Both the position numbers and the translations under genes were made by a program. Shown here in pieces: positions 18,904-27,974 of a stretch of 29,932 nt of DNA. The DNA lies in NCBI GenBank assembly GCA_050293845.1, contig JBNKNM010000049.1, positions 1-29,932 on the forward strand, in the 5' to 3' direction. The notes beneath the pieces are model-generated. The model was not told the DNA's origin and ran no database searches. It worked only from the letters and a program-made list of their open reading frames with translations. Source of the DNA: Pseudobacteriovorax sp. Its GTDB lineage: Bacteria > Bdellovibrionota_B > Oligoflexia > Oligoflexales > Oligoflexaceae. Each line of letters starts with the position of its first letter. Position 1 is the first letter of the stretch.

Positions 18904-20165
18904 TATTTCTCCCTATGGACATTTTTTCTTACCTGTGCAACCAGCTCTTTAGCATCAAGCAAATCCTTATAAGAATTGAAAGGCAATTCGAAGAGGTGAC
19001 GGTTGCTTAGTAGTAGTGTGCAAAAATTTATGCTTGCCGCAACAATTTGTAATGGTGGAATAATAAAGCTACTAAAGACAGTATCCACCTTTCCTTCGAC
19101 CCAGTCCATATCCGTCTTAAAAACTTCCACTGCTTGGTTGACCTGCGCAAAGACTTCCTTAAGATCAGCTTTTGCAGCGGCTCCTGAAGTAATCTTTCTT
19201 CCTTTTTCGTAACCTTCTAAGCCGGTCCTTTGAATCACTGCGAGAAGATTAGGTATTGCCGACGCAGCAAATAAAAACCAAGTCATACAACGGATTCCTA
19301 ACCAAATAAAAAAGGCAATGGATAAGATCCCCACTATTCCCAAGTCAAAATCATCACCAGCATACTGGGCAAACCAAGGAATCAGTGCATCTACGAACTC
19401 TTTATAAAACAGCACAGACTCGACAACAGCAACTATGACTTCCACAATTCCATACATGATAATCTTAGGTACATCCCGCCTGCGAATAGCATCCCCAAGG
19501 GTATGGATGACGGCATAGGAGCCAAGGACAAAAAGACTAAACATTAGATAGAGAACAATTTTTAGTCCCATCCCCCCTTCAAATTCACCATCAGAAAAAC
19601 CATCCATGACATCAACAACAAGAGGAGTCATCACAAAGGTAAAAATCAAAGCTTCTATCATCGTCCACATCATCATCAGAAAAATAGCGGGCCAGGGAAT
19701 CCCTTTCTGAAATGATCCACTAGATACATCTGCCACCAATCGTATCGGTAAAAAAGCAATATCTTTAATAGCCAGCATGATACCAATTAAGGTAATCTTA
19801 ACAAATCCATAAAGCCAACCAAAGCAAGAGAGAATAAATTTAAAAATCCCTCCCCAAAACGAAAAAATCGCTCGGCCTAGGTCCCACCATGTTACAAATA
19901 TAGCTTGAACAAATTCCCTTCGTTCAGACCTAAAAATAATACTTATGGTGCAAACAATAGTTAGCCAACAAGAAAAAATAATCGCTAAAGAGGGCAACAG
20001 AAGAAAAATTCTTTTACATAACATGATCCAAAATTCATCCTGCGCGCCCCAAGCAAATTTCCATAAATCTTTTTGAAACAAGACCGGGAACGTCAAAACC
20101 ATTGCTATGTAGTTCCAGGGACTTTCTAATTTACCAAACATTACAGCTCCCATTATTTCGATCAT
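18903..20165 (-). CDS. Uncharacterised polytopic membrane protein
   Basis: 420 aa with roughly 8-10 hydrophobic segments, several carrying embedded Glu. Translationally coupled to the VWA gene. Confidence 0.8.
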   Translation of the reverse strand: MIEIMGAVMFGKLESPWNYIAMVLTFPVLFQKDLWKFAWGAQDEFWIMLCKRIFLLLPSLAIIFSCWLTIVCTISIIFRSERREFVQAIFVTWWDLGRAIFSFWGGIFKFILSCFGWLYGFVKITLIGIMLAIKDIAFLPIRLVADVSSGSFQKGIPWPAIFLMMMWTMIEALIFTFVMTPLVVDVMDGFSDGEFEGGMGLKIVLYLMFSLFVLGSYAVIHTLGDAIRRRDVPKIIMYGIVEVIVAVVESVLFYKEFVDALIPWFAQYAGDDFDLGIVGILSIAFFIWLGIRCMTWFLFAASAIPNLLAVIQRTGLEGYEKGRKITSGAAAKADLKEVFAQVNQAVEVFKTDMDWVEGKVDTVFSSFIIPPLQIVAASINFCTLLLSNRHLFELPFNSYKDLLDAKELVAQVRKNVHREK

Positions 20166-20232
20166 CCTTAGAGCTATCGGAAGCAGTGCGATATAATTTT
20201 TGCCTAGTGAAAAATTTTAAACCGAATACAGG

Positions 20233-21171
20233 CTAGGAGTTTCTATAGGAAAGGGCTATAATCACTTGGTAGATTGCAGTAAATATTATACTTAAGGCGG
20301 AGATTATCAGGATTGTAATACCAATATATTGATGCTCAAAAAACTTCAAAATGACAGATATCGCTGCTGCGAAAACTATAAAAGCGAATTGCTTTTTTAA
20401 TGATTCCACAGAAACCAAGTGATTTAACGAAGCTCCCAAATAGCTACCAAGCATCGAGCCTAAAGCTAAAATAAAAGCGATCTTCAAATCTACAACACCT
20501 GCATTTATATAATTGACAGCACCCATAGAGCTAGTAATAACCACGATACCAAGACTGGTTCCCACGGCACTTTTTAAAGGGAGCCCCAGTACCATGCAAA
20601 ACACGGGGACAAAGAAAAATCCTCCTCCCATACCTGTTAACCCTGAAATCAATCCTATAATAATGCCAAAAATTGTGGTTTGCACGATGGGAAGTCTGAG
20701 TTTTAGCTTAGGTATTTCGATTTGAGGTCCTAGGGACCATATTAAACTGCGCTCATTTTGTCGAGATAAAGGCTGTCTTTGCCGCTTTGTAATTAACAAG
20801 GCTAAGAAAGCTAAGAAAATACCATAAGCTAGGGAAAACCAGGTCATGATACTCTTATCGAGGGCATAACTGACCATTATTTGCTTGCCAATATAGACCC
20901 CAAGAATACCAGGGAGCCCAAATATCAGGAGAATGATAATAGAAATATTCCCCTGCTTGAAATGCTTTACTGAGCCGGAAGTACTTGATGCGACCATTTG
21001 AGTTAGGGTAGTGCCTACGGCATGGGGCAAGTCCATCCCCATGATGTGGAGTACAGGCGTCATGACAATCCCACCTCCGACACCTAGTAAACCACTCAAC
21101 ATCCCCACGCCAAATCCTAAGAATAGGAAAAGACCTAATTGAAATGCAGAAGTGGTTATATCAAATTGCAC
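20233..21171 (-). CDS. TauE/SafE (TSUP) family permease
   Basis: Duplicated motifs SGLLGVGGGIVMTP...AVGTTL and SGLTGMGGGFFFVP...AVGTSL. Confidence 0.9.
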   Translation of the reverse strand: MQFDITTSAFQLGLFLFLGFGVGMLSGLLGVGGGIVMTPVLHIMGMDLPHAVGTTLTQMVASSTSGSVKHFKQGNISIIILLIFGLPGILGVYIGKQIMVSYALDKSIMTWFSLAYGIFLAFLALLITKRQRQPLSRQNERSLIWSLGPQIEIPKLKLRLPIVQTTIFGIIIGLISGLTGMGGGFFFVPVFCMVLGLPLKSAVGTSLGIVVITSSMGAVNYINAGVVDLKIAFILALGSMLGSYLGASLNHLVSVESLKKQFAFIVFAAAISVILKFFEHQYIGITILIISALSIIFTAIYQVIIALSYRNS

Positions 21172-21181
21172 TACAGAGGGT

Positions 21182-21526
21182 TTAACCTTCTAATAAAGAA
21201 ACCAACTTTTCCCGCATATCAGGATTGTCTAAAGCGGCTTGAATCTTCCACTCTAATGGAGTGAGTGCTTCAAGCTTTTCCATCCAGAATGTGTCAGGAA
21301 TTGTCGCCAATGCCTCAGCCACTGTATCAGAAAGATCATAGTTTTTTAAGCCTCTTTCTTTCAGCTTTTCTGAAAGTTGGGTGAGGGGACCAGTATCCTC
21401 TTCCACAATGGTTAATCGAATCCGTTTAGAGGCTGTTTTAGCTGCAGCCCCTCCCTTCCGTTGACCCGCTTTTTTATCAGCATCTTCAGGCTTTTCTAAT
21501 TCGATATCTTTTTCGACGTCTGCCAT
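21182..21526 (-). CDS. Small protein with a probable ribbon-helix-helix fold
   Basis: Start MADVEK follows AGGAG. KRIRLTI strand, then helix LTQLSEKLKERG, then helix LSDTVAEALA. Confidence 0.55.
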   Translation of the reverse strand: MADVEKDIELEKPEDADKKAGQRKGGAAAKTASKRIRLTIVEEDTGPLTQLSEKLKERGLKNYDLSDTVAEALATIPDTFWMEKLEALTPLEWKIQAALDNPDMREKLVSLLEG

Positions 21527-21724
21527 ATATGTTCTCCTAACCTGAAATTGTGTATCCAAAAACAAAATACATTATAATGTTTCCCTTTGATTTAAAACCA
21601 TACTTTTTTATGGCTTATGGGTAATTAAGCATGAGATAGCATATTCTCGGGGAGTCAATCAATCACCAATACTCTAAACAGGAGAAAAGTCACTACAAAA
21701 GAGGTCGACAAAAACAATTATCAA

Positions 21725-23713
21725 TTAATTGGTGACAATTTTAACCAGCCGCGACCCCATGACTCTACCCTGAGGATTCTTCAATATAAGGGTGACAAAG
21801 TCTACCCCCTTTAGGGCTAAGGGACCTTGAAAAGCATAAAATTTTCGCTCTTCGTTTTCCGTAAGATACGGTAGCTCCAGGTGGATGCGGTCGCCGTTAA
21901 GGCATTGAGCACGAGTCCCCATACAAATACTAAACCGCTCCATCTCTCGACTGGAACCAACCACACTGATTAGACGATCATCGAGGTTATATAAGGCAAG
22001 ATTAAGGTCAGAGTCTGCTGCTGGAAGGTCTACAGCTTCATCTGTGCAGTTTAAAGGCGTCGCCAAGCCATGGCGGGCGAACGCGCGGTTGATGGCACAT
22101 TTATGAGGACTGGGCGTTGCAGGGTTGCCATCGTTATCGTCCAGTAAAAGTACATTTTCGTATGATTCTAAGTAAGTGTCTGTAATCACCAAATGGCCAA
22201 AAAATAGTTCTGCTACCATTGACTTACCCCGTGACAGGCCGTAGACTTCTTCCAACTCCTTATAGAGATCCCAGAAAGCACCGGCAATAATGCCGCCTTC
22301 CCGGTGAACTTCACCGATATCTTCAGGGTAGGTCAGTAAGTTCTCAAGGCTACGTATCCCATAGTCAGCATCTTGTACGAACCCAATCCCAATACGAGGA
22401 TCTTCGTTATATAGTGCCGCAAGGAAGTCAGCGAGCCCTTCAGAAAACGCGCCATCCTGAACACCTATATTGCGCCCTGTGTGCTCATCAAGGGCATGGC
22501 CCCACTCATGATAGATAACATCATTCACTTCCCCAATATTGGCGCAACCATCGCCAGCACTAAAGAGTGAAATAACTTTTTTACCTGTAGTATAGTAGGC
22601 ATTGCAACTGCCATCGAGATTGACCCGCACCTCAAGTGGATAATCAAGAAAGGGCAGCACCTCTGGTGAGATATATTGTCGTACAAATTTATTGATTCTA
22701 TGCACAGCAGCATAAGTATTGATAGCGACCAGCCCATCACTTTGTGACTCCACGCGAATTAAATTGTCAAAATTAGAAAAGTTATAAACAATCATAGGCT
22801 CTGAGCTATCTTTATGGAACAAACGTACCCTTTGGCTATTAAGTTCGAGGGAGCTTGCCTCCTCTTGGGTAAAGAACCGTCCTTCTACAGAACTCACTTC
22901 GTTACCGCTAGGAAATGTGATGGGGGTTAAGGGTAATATAGTCTGGAATGTCTCGCTATCTCGGTAGCCTCGGCGATAAGCTTCGCCCATAAGAATGCGC
23001 GATGCATGCAAATCATGGTAATGAGCCTTTAAGGGTTGGCCAGTTAGATTATCAAGGTAAATTGTAGTATCTGCTTTGTCGTATTTGTAGTCCACTATCG
23101 TTGTCGACCTCAACTCACCCGCAATGGGAAGCAAAGCCCGTCCTTTTACTGTGGCAGGATTGTCTTGATCAAAAATTTGCCCAAGATCATCTGCTGTCAA
23201 GGGTAGATTCAGAGCAGTGGGATAATGAAAAAAAGTATTGTTTATAATCGAGTGCAGTTTCCAATGGTCATGAAATTTTGCAAATCGGCAATCCAAAAAA
23301 GCTCCTTGGACATTGATGCTTCCCACTTTACGCCGAAATATTGATGCCCTTATATTATCACTAACCTGAATATCCCTATCATGAATCAATGTGGCAAGGT
23401 TTTGTGAGGAAATATTGAGCTGCCGGGTGGCATAACTAAAGCACGCCTCCGTTAATGCAGATTCATCTAGAGCTGGCATCAGCTTACTGTCGAAGCTTAC
23501 ACGGTAACCAACTTCTGGATGATCAATAAACCGGCTGATCTGGAATATACCCTCAGAGGAACTTGACAATTGCAAGGACTCAAGAGGCTCTGTTGCCGGC
23601 ATATGAAGGCTATGACCCTGCATCAATAGGGTTTCCATTTCGGACGCCGCAATAGGCGTTCGCGGCACCCCACAGGAGTTTAGCAATAAGCCGACTAGTA
23701 ATAATTCTTTCAT
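21725..23713 (-). CDS. Lipoprotein zinc metallopeptidase, M4/M36-like gluzincin
   Basis: Lipobox-like LNSC, CNAYY, VIYHEWGH, downstream third ligand in AFSEGLADF, EVHREG..AGAFWDL, and a long N-terminal pro-region. Confidence 0.85.
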   Translation of the reverse strand: MKELLLVGLLLNSCGVPRTPIAASEMETLLMQGHSLHMPATEPLESLQLSSSSEGIFQISRFIDHPEVGYRVSFDSKLMPALDESALTEACFSYATRQLNISSQNLATLIHDRDIQVSDNIRASIFRRKVGSINVQGAFLDCRFAKFHDHWKLHSIINNTFFHYPTALNLPLTADDLGQIFDQDNPATVKGRALLPIAGELRSTTIVDYKYDKADTTIYLDNLTGQPLKAHYHDLHASRILMGEAYRRGYRDSETFQTILPLTPITFPSGNEVSSVEGRFFTQEEASSLELNSQRVRLFHKDSSEPMIVYNFSNFDNLIRVESQSDGLVAINTYAAVHRINKFVRQYISPEVLPFLDYPLEVRVNLDGSCNAYYTTGKKVISLFSAGDGCANIGEVNDVIYHEWGHALDEHTGRNIGVQDGAFSEGLADFLAALYNEDPRIGIGFVQDADYGIRSLENLLTYPEDIGEVHREGGIIAGAFWDLYKELEEVYGLSRGKSMVAELFFGHLVITDTYLESYENVLLLDDNDGNPATPSPHKCAINRAFARHGLATPLNCTDEAVDLPAADSDLNLALYNLDDRLISVVGSSREMERFSICMGTRAQCLNGDRIHLELPYLTENEERKFYAFQGPLALKGVDFVTLILKNPQGRVMGSRLVKIVTN

Positions 23714-23740
23714 TTCCCAATCCCCTCTAAATCAGAAAAC

Positions 23741-23980
23741 TTAGTCGACTGCAATCACCGACAGATTTTCATTACCTTGCAACCTTTTACCGTTCCAGCT
23801 ACTATAAATTCTGTTGGTAAGTACTAAGTTGCCGCTACGATCTAATTGTGCTTCAAGCTGGGGATATGACGGGCTACGTACATCTGCCTCCCTCAAGAAG
23901 CCCGTTTCAGGCTTTAATCCTGCTTGTCCACAAGCTCCTAGCATCGAACCTATCAAAAAAAAGCAAAAAATAGGTTTCAT
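23741..23980 (-). CDS. Small lipoprotein
   Basis: MKPIFCFFLIGSMLGAC lipobox, RBS GAGGA, ends 27 bp before the peptidase start. Confidence 0.65.
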   Translation of the reverse strand: MKPIFCFFLIGSMLGACGQAGLKPETGFLREADVRSPSYPQLEAQLDRSGNLVLTNRIYSSWNGKRLQGNENLSVIAVD

Positions 23981-24133
23981 CTGATGAATCCTCTATTGAC
24001 TTCAGCATGTTTACCGCTTCTCTAACAGTCGTGTTAGCGGCAAAAAAATTTTAATGGATTTAATTAGGTATGATTTATTAGAGTAATAATAGGGTATTAC
24101 AAAAAAACCTTATCTGATTAATTTCAGACTTGT

Positions 24134-24173
24134 AATAGTCAGGAAATTTTTACCAAATAATTTCCTGGCTATT
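24134..24173. terminator. Long inverted repeat downstream of pepQ (terminator or operator)
   Basis: AATAGTCAGGAAATT / AATTTCCTGGCTATT, 15 bp with one wobble. Confidence 0.5.
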
Positions 24174-24196
24174 TTACTTTAAATAACAGCAGCTTA

Positions 24197-25516
24197 TCAA
24201 AAACTAAAAACTTCTCTGGTAAGGTTGCGCGGATCGGTTTCTGTCACTACAACGTTATCTTCAATGCGAATGCCCCCAAATTCTGCGAGATTATCGATAA
24301 GATTCCAATTATACCAGTCAGAAAACTCCTTGGATTTTCGTGCCGCTAATAGCGATTTGATAAAGTAGAGACCCGGTTCTACGGTTACACAGTGTCCCAC
24401 TTCCAATAATCTTACCGTGCGTAAGTTGGGAAAGCGCGGGTCGCGCTCCGCTGGTGTTCCCAGGGGATCACTCTGAGTTCCCGCCACATCATGAACTAAG
24501 AGCCCTAACATGTGGCCAATACCGTGAGGATAGAAATCTGCTGTGATTCCTTCGCAAACAAGCTCTTCAGGACTTCCCTGCTGTACAATGGCAGCATCCC
24601 GTAAAATTTTAGCAATACCGAGGTGAGACTCCCAATGCAATTCAGCCATCGAAAACCCTGCCCTTACCTGCTGACAAAGCTGTTGCTGTAAAGTTTCCAT
24701 AGACAACAACAGCCCGCGAAAATCTGGAGATGCCTTCTTGCTGACATGGGTTCTAGTTATATCACTGGCATAACCTCGACAATTAGCTCCAGCGTCAATC
24801 AATAAAACTTTGCCGTGTCGTGGGCTATCACGTTTATCACGATAATGCAGGAAGGCTCCTTTTTCATCAAGTCCGACAATATTTTCGTAGGGTAAATCTT
24901 TTTCAGACACCCGTGCCGAAACCAAATAAGCATGGTGGATTCCCAGTTCCGACTCTCCCATATGGAACGCATCTTTTGCCGCCTGATGACCTAAATATGC
25001 TTTCTGAGTGGCCTCATAAAGGCACATGATCTCGTAGTCAGATTTATAAGACCGAAACCAATTTAGTTGCGGTAGCAAACTCTCTACCTTGGTTTTAAGA
25101 CCCGCATCGATCGCCTTTTCCAGCTGCGGGCCATGATAAGCAAAACCGACAAAATTTTTGCTCACATATTCCCAAATATCATCCGTTTTATGAAATGGTA
25201 TTATGGTAAATTCTGATGACCAAAACTCGTCAGTAACAGATTTCACCTCATGCCAAAAGTCTTCTGGCTGGAAAGCTAATAGTTTCGGTTTATCACCAGG
25301 TGTAATAATAAGCAGATGCCCCTCTGAATTAAGTGGAAGCCAGTGTTTAAAGTGGTGATTAGGGTGAAAAGGGACATCGTGATCGTCTTCGAAATAAAAA
25401 ATGGGTTCCCCTGAAGACAGGATTAACCCAGGCAAGCTTAGTTCCTGTAATATATGACTGGTATTATCTAGCAATCTTGCTATATGCTGCTTAAAGAGTT
25501 TTTGATGATGATCCAT
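24197..25516 (-). CDS. pepQ: Xaa-Pro dipeptidase (prolidase)
   Basis: F.EDDHDVPFHPNHHFKHWLP, LIDAGA...YASDITRT, PHGIGHMLGL.VHDV, TVEPGLYF, GGIRIEDN. Confidence 0.93.
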   Translation of the reverse strand: MDHHQKLFKQHIARLLDNTSHILQELSLPGLILSSGEPIFYFEDDHDVPFHPNHHFKHWLPLNSEGHLLIITPGDKPKLLAFQPEDFWHEVKSVTDEFWSSEFTIIPFHKTDDIWEYVSKNFVGFAYHGPQLEKAIDAGLKTKVESLLPQLNWFRSYKSDYEIMCLYEATQKAYLGHQAAKDAFHMGESELGIHHAYLVSARVSEKDLPYENIVGLDEKGAFLHYRDKRDSPRHGKVLLIDAGANCRGYASDITRTHVSKKASPDFRGLLLSMETLQQQLCQQVRAGFSMAELHWESHLGIAKILRDAAIVQQGSPEELVCEGITADFYPHGIGHMLGLLVHDVAGTQSDPLGTPAERDPRFPNLRTVRLLEVGHCVTVEPGLYFIKSLLAARKSKEFSDWYNWNLIDNLAEFGGIRIEDNVVVTETDPRNLTREVFSF

Positions 25517-25528
25517 AGTTTTTTTCCT

Positions 25529-26119
25529 TTAGTGAACTGCTGATCTAATCTCTAGTTTCTCCAGAGCTTGTGCTTCCATATCTAGCCACTCATCTAATCT
25601 TTTCTCAACCATTTCCCCTGGAAAATATTGCTTCGCGAGCTTAACAAAAATGGTGTAATGGCCAGCCTCTTCCCGTCCTAGCCGTTCGTAGAACTTTTGC
25701 ATCTCTTGATCTGGGTGATTTTGCCCCACAAGATAGAAGCGCTCACAGCCGCGAGCCTCTACCACTCCCGAAACAAGTAGGCGATCGAGAAAATGCTCCT
25801 CCCGCCCGTTTCTGACCTGTTTGAGCAGCAGTTTTAAGTAAGGATCTTTTTCATCAGGACCCAGATGAAGCCCTCTTCGATGAAGCACGCGATAGACTTC
25901 GTGAAAATGCGCTAATTCTTCCTTTGCTAAGCATATCATGGGCTCTATCAACGCCTCCCGATCGGCATATTTCACCACAAAGGACATAGCTAGAGCCGCA
26001 GCCTTTCTTTCGCAGGCCGCGTGATCCACTAAAAAGCTGTCGAAATCTCCCAGAACTTTTTCTATCCAAAGGGCAGGTGTTTCTGCCCTAAGTGGAAGTT
26101 TTTGCTGTACCAAATTCAT
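25529..26119 (-). CDS. miaE: tRNA ms2i6A37 hydroxylase (ferritin-like di-iron enzyme)
   Basis: DHAACERKAA, LAKEELAHF, DRLLVSGVVEARGCERF, EEAGHY. Confidence 0.93.
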   Translation of the reverse strand: MNLVQQKLPLRAETPALWIEKVLGDFDSFLVDHAACERKAAALAMSFVVKYADREALIEPMICLAKEELAHFHEVYRVLHRRGLHLGPDEKDPYLKLLLKQVRNGREEHFLDRLLVSGVVEARGCERFYLVGQNHPDQEMQKFYERLGREEAGHYTIFVKLAKQYFPGEMVEKRLDEWLDMEAQALEKLEIRSAVH

Positions 26120-26336
26120 CTTACAAGATTATCCTATCCTAAATTTTAGGTCCCGGATGCCATCTATACCGCGATCCCAGTGGGGGAGCAATAAGCTTCC
26201 CCTACTAAAGATCATTTATGCCCTAGTATTCACGTAATTTAAGCTAGTTAAGCTATCTCTATCGCATCTGGCTCAGATCCTACAGATTCCATCCGATGAC
26301 ATTGGATAAGAGCCTTGAACTGATAGAGGTATACCA

Positions 26337-27362
26337 TTGCGTAAAGACCCCTTAAAAACCTGCAATACTTGCGGAAGAAAATACATGAAGCCTGAAGACT
26401 TCCTTCATAATACATCGAGATGGCGTATTTGTGATCGACAAAACTTATGGTTTAATTGTGAATGCCAATCGACAAATATGATTATAAAAGGCAAATATGA
26501 CTGGTATTCTCCGGAAGCGAGCTTAAGTGATCATGCAAAATCTATTTTTAATCAATTGCCCTCAATTAAGCAATTACCCCATGTTCCTAGCTATGTTATG
26601 GAATTGCAGCAGCTTATTCAAAATGAAAATACCAACAGCCGACAAATTGCCAATGTTGCGAAAAAATCTCCCATTCTCGCCTCTAACATTTTGAAAATTG
26701 CCAACAATCAATGCGGTGTCCGGGGAGCCCAGATCGAATCCCTAGAGCATGCTATAAGCTATGTCGGATTGAGTAGCTTGAAAGATATGATTCTGATTGC
26801 TGTTTTAAATACATTTAAGTTCTCCTGCAAGGTCTTTAATGCAGATGTATTCTGGGAGTCATCATTTATTACCGGTAGGATTTCTGAGTACCTAGCAAGA
26901 ACTTTCTCACCAAAAATTTTGCCCGATGAGGCCTACATTGCGGGAACTCTTTGTAATGTTGGTAAAATTGTCGTCGCTATTATTGACCCCGATTTAGCAG
27001 ACAAAATTACAAGCGATATGCAAAACGTTAAAGTACTAGGAAGTTGGCGTAGTGGAGAGAAACGCTACGGCGCTTTCGATCATTGTATCTTAGGAGAAAT
27101 TGGAGCCGTTTTTTGGGGATTTCCTGACTATGTTATTGACGCCATATCATTCCATCACAAGATGCCCCAAAGCCTCATACAATCTCACTTTAGTATTGGC
27201 GATATTGTAGCCTTCGCTAACCAGCTCTCCCACTGGGTCCAGCTAGTACCCCACCAGATGGATGAACGACTGCTTGATGCTCTCTACGAAAAATTTTCTC
27301 TTACTCCCCAACAAGCGGAGAAGATGGTAGAAGAACTTATGCCACTCAAGGAGGTAGCCTAG
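26337..27362 (+). CDS. HDOD-domain protein with an N-terminal Cys-rich (zinc-ribbon-like) domain
   Basis: LPHVP, SPILASNILKIAN, SLEHAISYVGL, AYIAGTL, DHCILG...WGFP...AISFHH. N-terminal CNTC...C...CEC. TTG start follows GAGG. Confidence 0.85.
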   Translation: MRKDPLKTCNTCGRKYMKPEDFLHNTSRWRICDRQNLWFNCECQSTNMIIKGKYDWYSPEASLSDHAKSIFNQLPSIKQLPHVPSYVMELQQLIQNENTNSRQIANVAKKSPILASNILKIANNQCGVRGAQIESLEHAISYVGLSSLKDMILIAVLNTFKFSCKVFNADVFWESSFITGRISEYLARTFSPKILPDEAYIAGTLCNVGKIVVAIIDPDLADKITSDMQNVKVLGSWRSGEKRYGAFDHCILGEIGAVFWGFPDYVIDAISFHHKMPQSLIQSHFSIGDIVAFANQLSHWVQLVPHQMDERLLDALYEKFSLTPQQAEKMVEELMPLKEVA

Positions 27363-27592
27363 CTAAGCCTCTTACGGGATCGCGACTCTTTATCACCCGA
27401 AACAGCACCAGAGATCATGCGATCCCCGGCTGCTTTCAGATTACGACTTGTTAATAACAAGTTAAACAGATCTTCACATATTTCCTGTAAATCATCATGG
27501 GTCATTACAAAGCCAAACCTGGATTCATTAGCTTTATTAGTAATAATCTCTTTAATCGCAATTCTGGTCACACTTTCAAACGTACTCGCCAT
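27359..27592 (-). CDS. Hypothetical small protein (77 aa)
   Basis: Purine-rich RBS GAGGGGAAGG, helical amphipathic pattern, convergent 4-nt stop overlap (CTAG) with the HDOD gene. Confidence 0.6.
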   Translation of the reverse strand: MASTFESVTRIAIKEIITNKANESRFGFVMTHDDLQEICEDLFNLLLTSRNLKAAGDRMISGAVSGDKESRSRKRLS

Positions 27593-27782
27593 ACCTTCCC
27601 CCTCATGTCCTGCTAGTACCAGTATCCCACAACTCCCCTAGGCAATTTCTACGAAGCTATGTGGAATCAAAGCTATAACGTTTTTGAAAGCACAAAATTT
27701 ATTCTACATTTCCTAAAAGTAATTTTAACTTCAATCGACAATGACCGAGTGGAGGCTTAAATTTCAAGGAGATAGACTTACT

Positions 27783-27851
27783 ATGAGGTTATTTCTTAAT
27801 TTTTGGGTTTTACTGGCGATCTTTTGGTTTGTTCATAGTCAGTACTTTTAA
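27783..27851 (+). CDS. Unannotated 22-aa hydrophobic peptide MRLFLNFWVLLAIFWFVHSQYF
   Basis: AAGGAG at 27766-27771, single TM-like segment, 12-bp hairpin at 27890-27920 downstream. Confidence 0.4.
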   Translation: MRLFLNFWVLLAIFWFVHSQYF

Positions 27852-27974
27852 GTTTCCAAATAATCAACTAACCCAAATGGGTAGCATTTAGACTATGGGT
27901 ACTCTAACTATCTATAGTCTCAATATTTTATAATTAAAGAAACATTTGAAGTATGTGTACAGATATTGGCAAAT

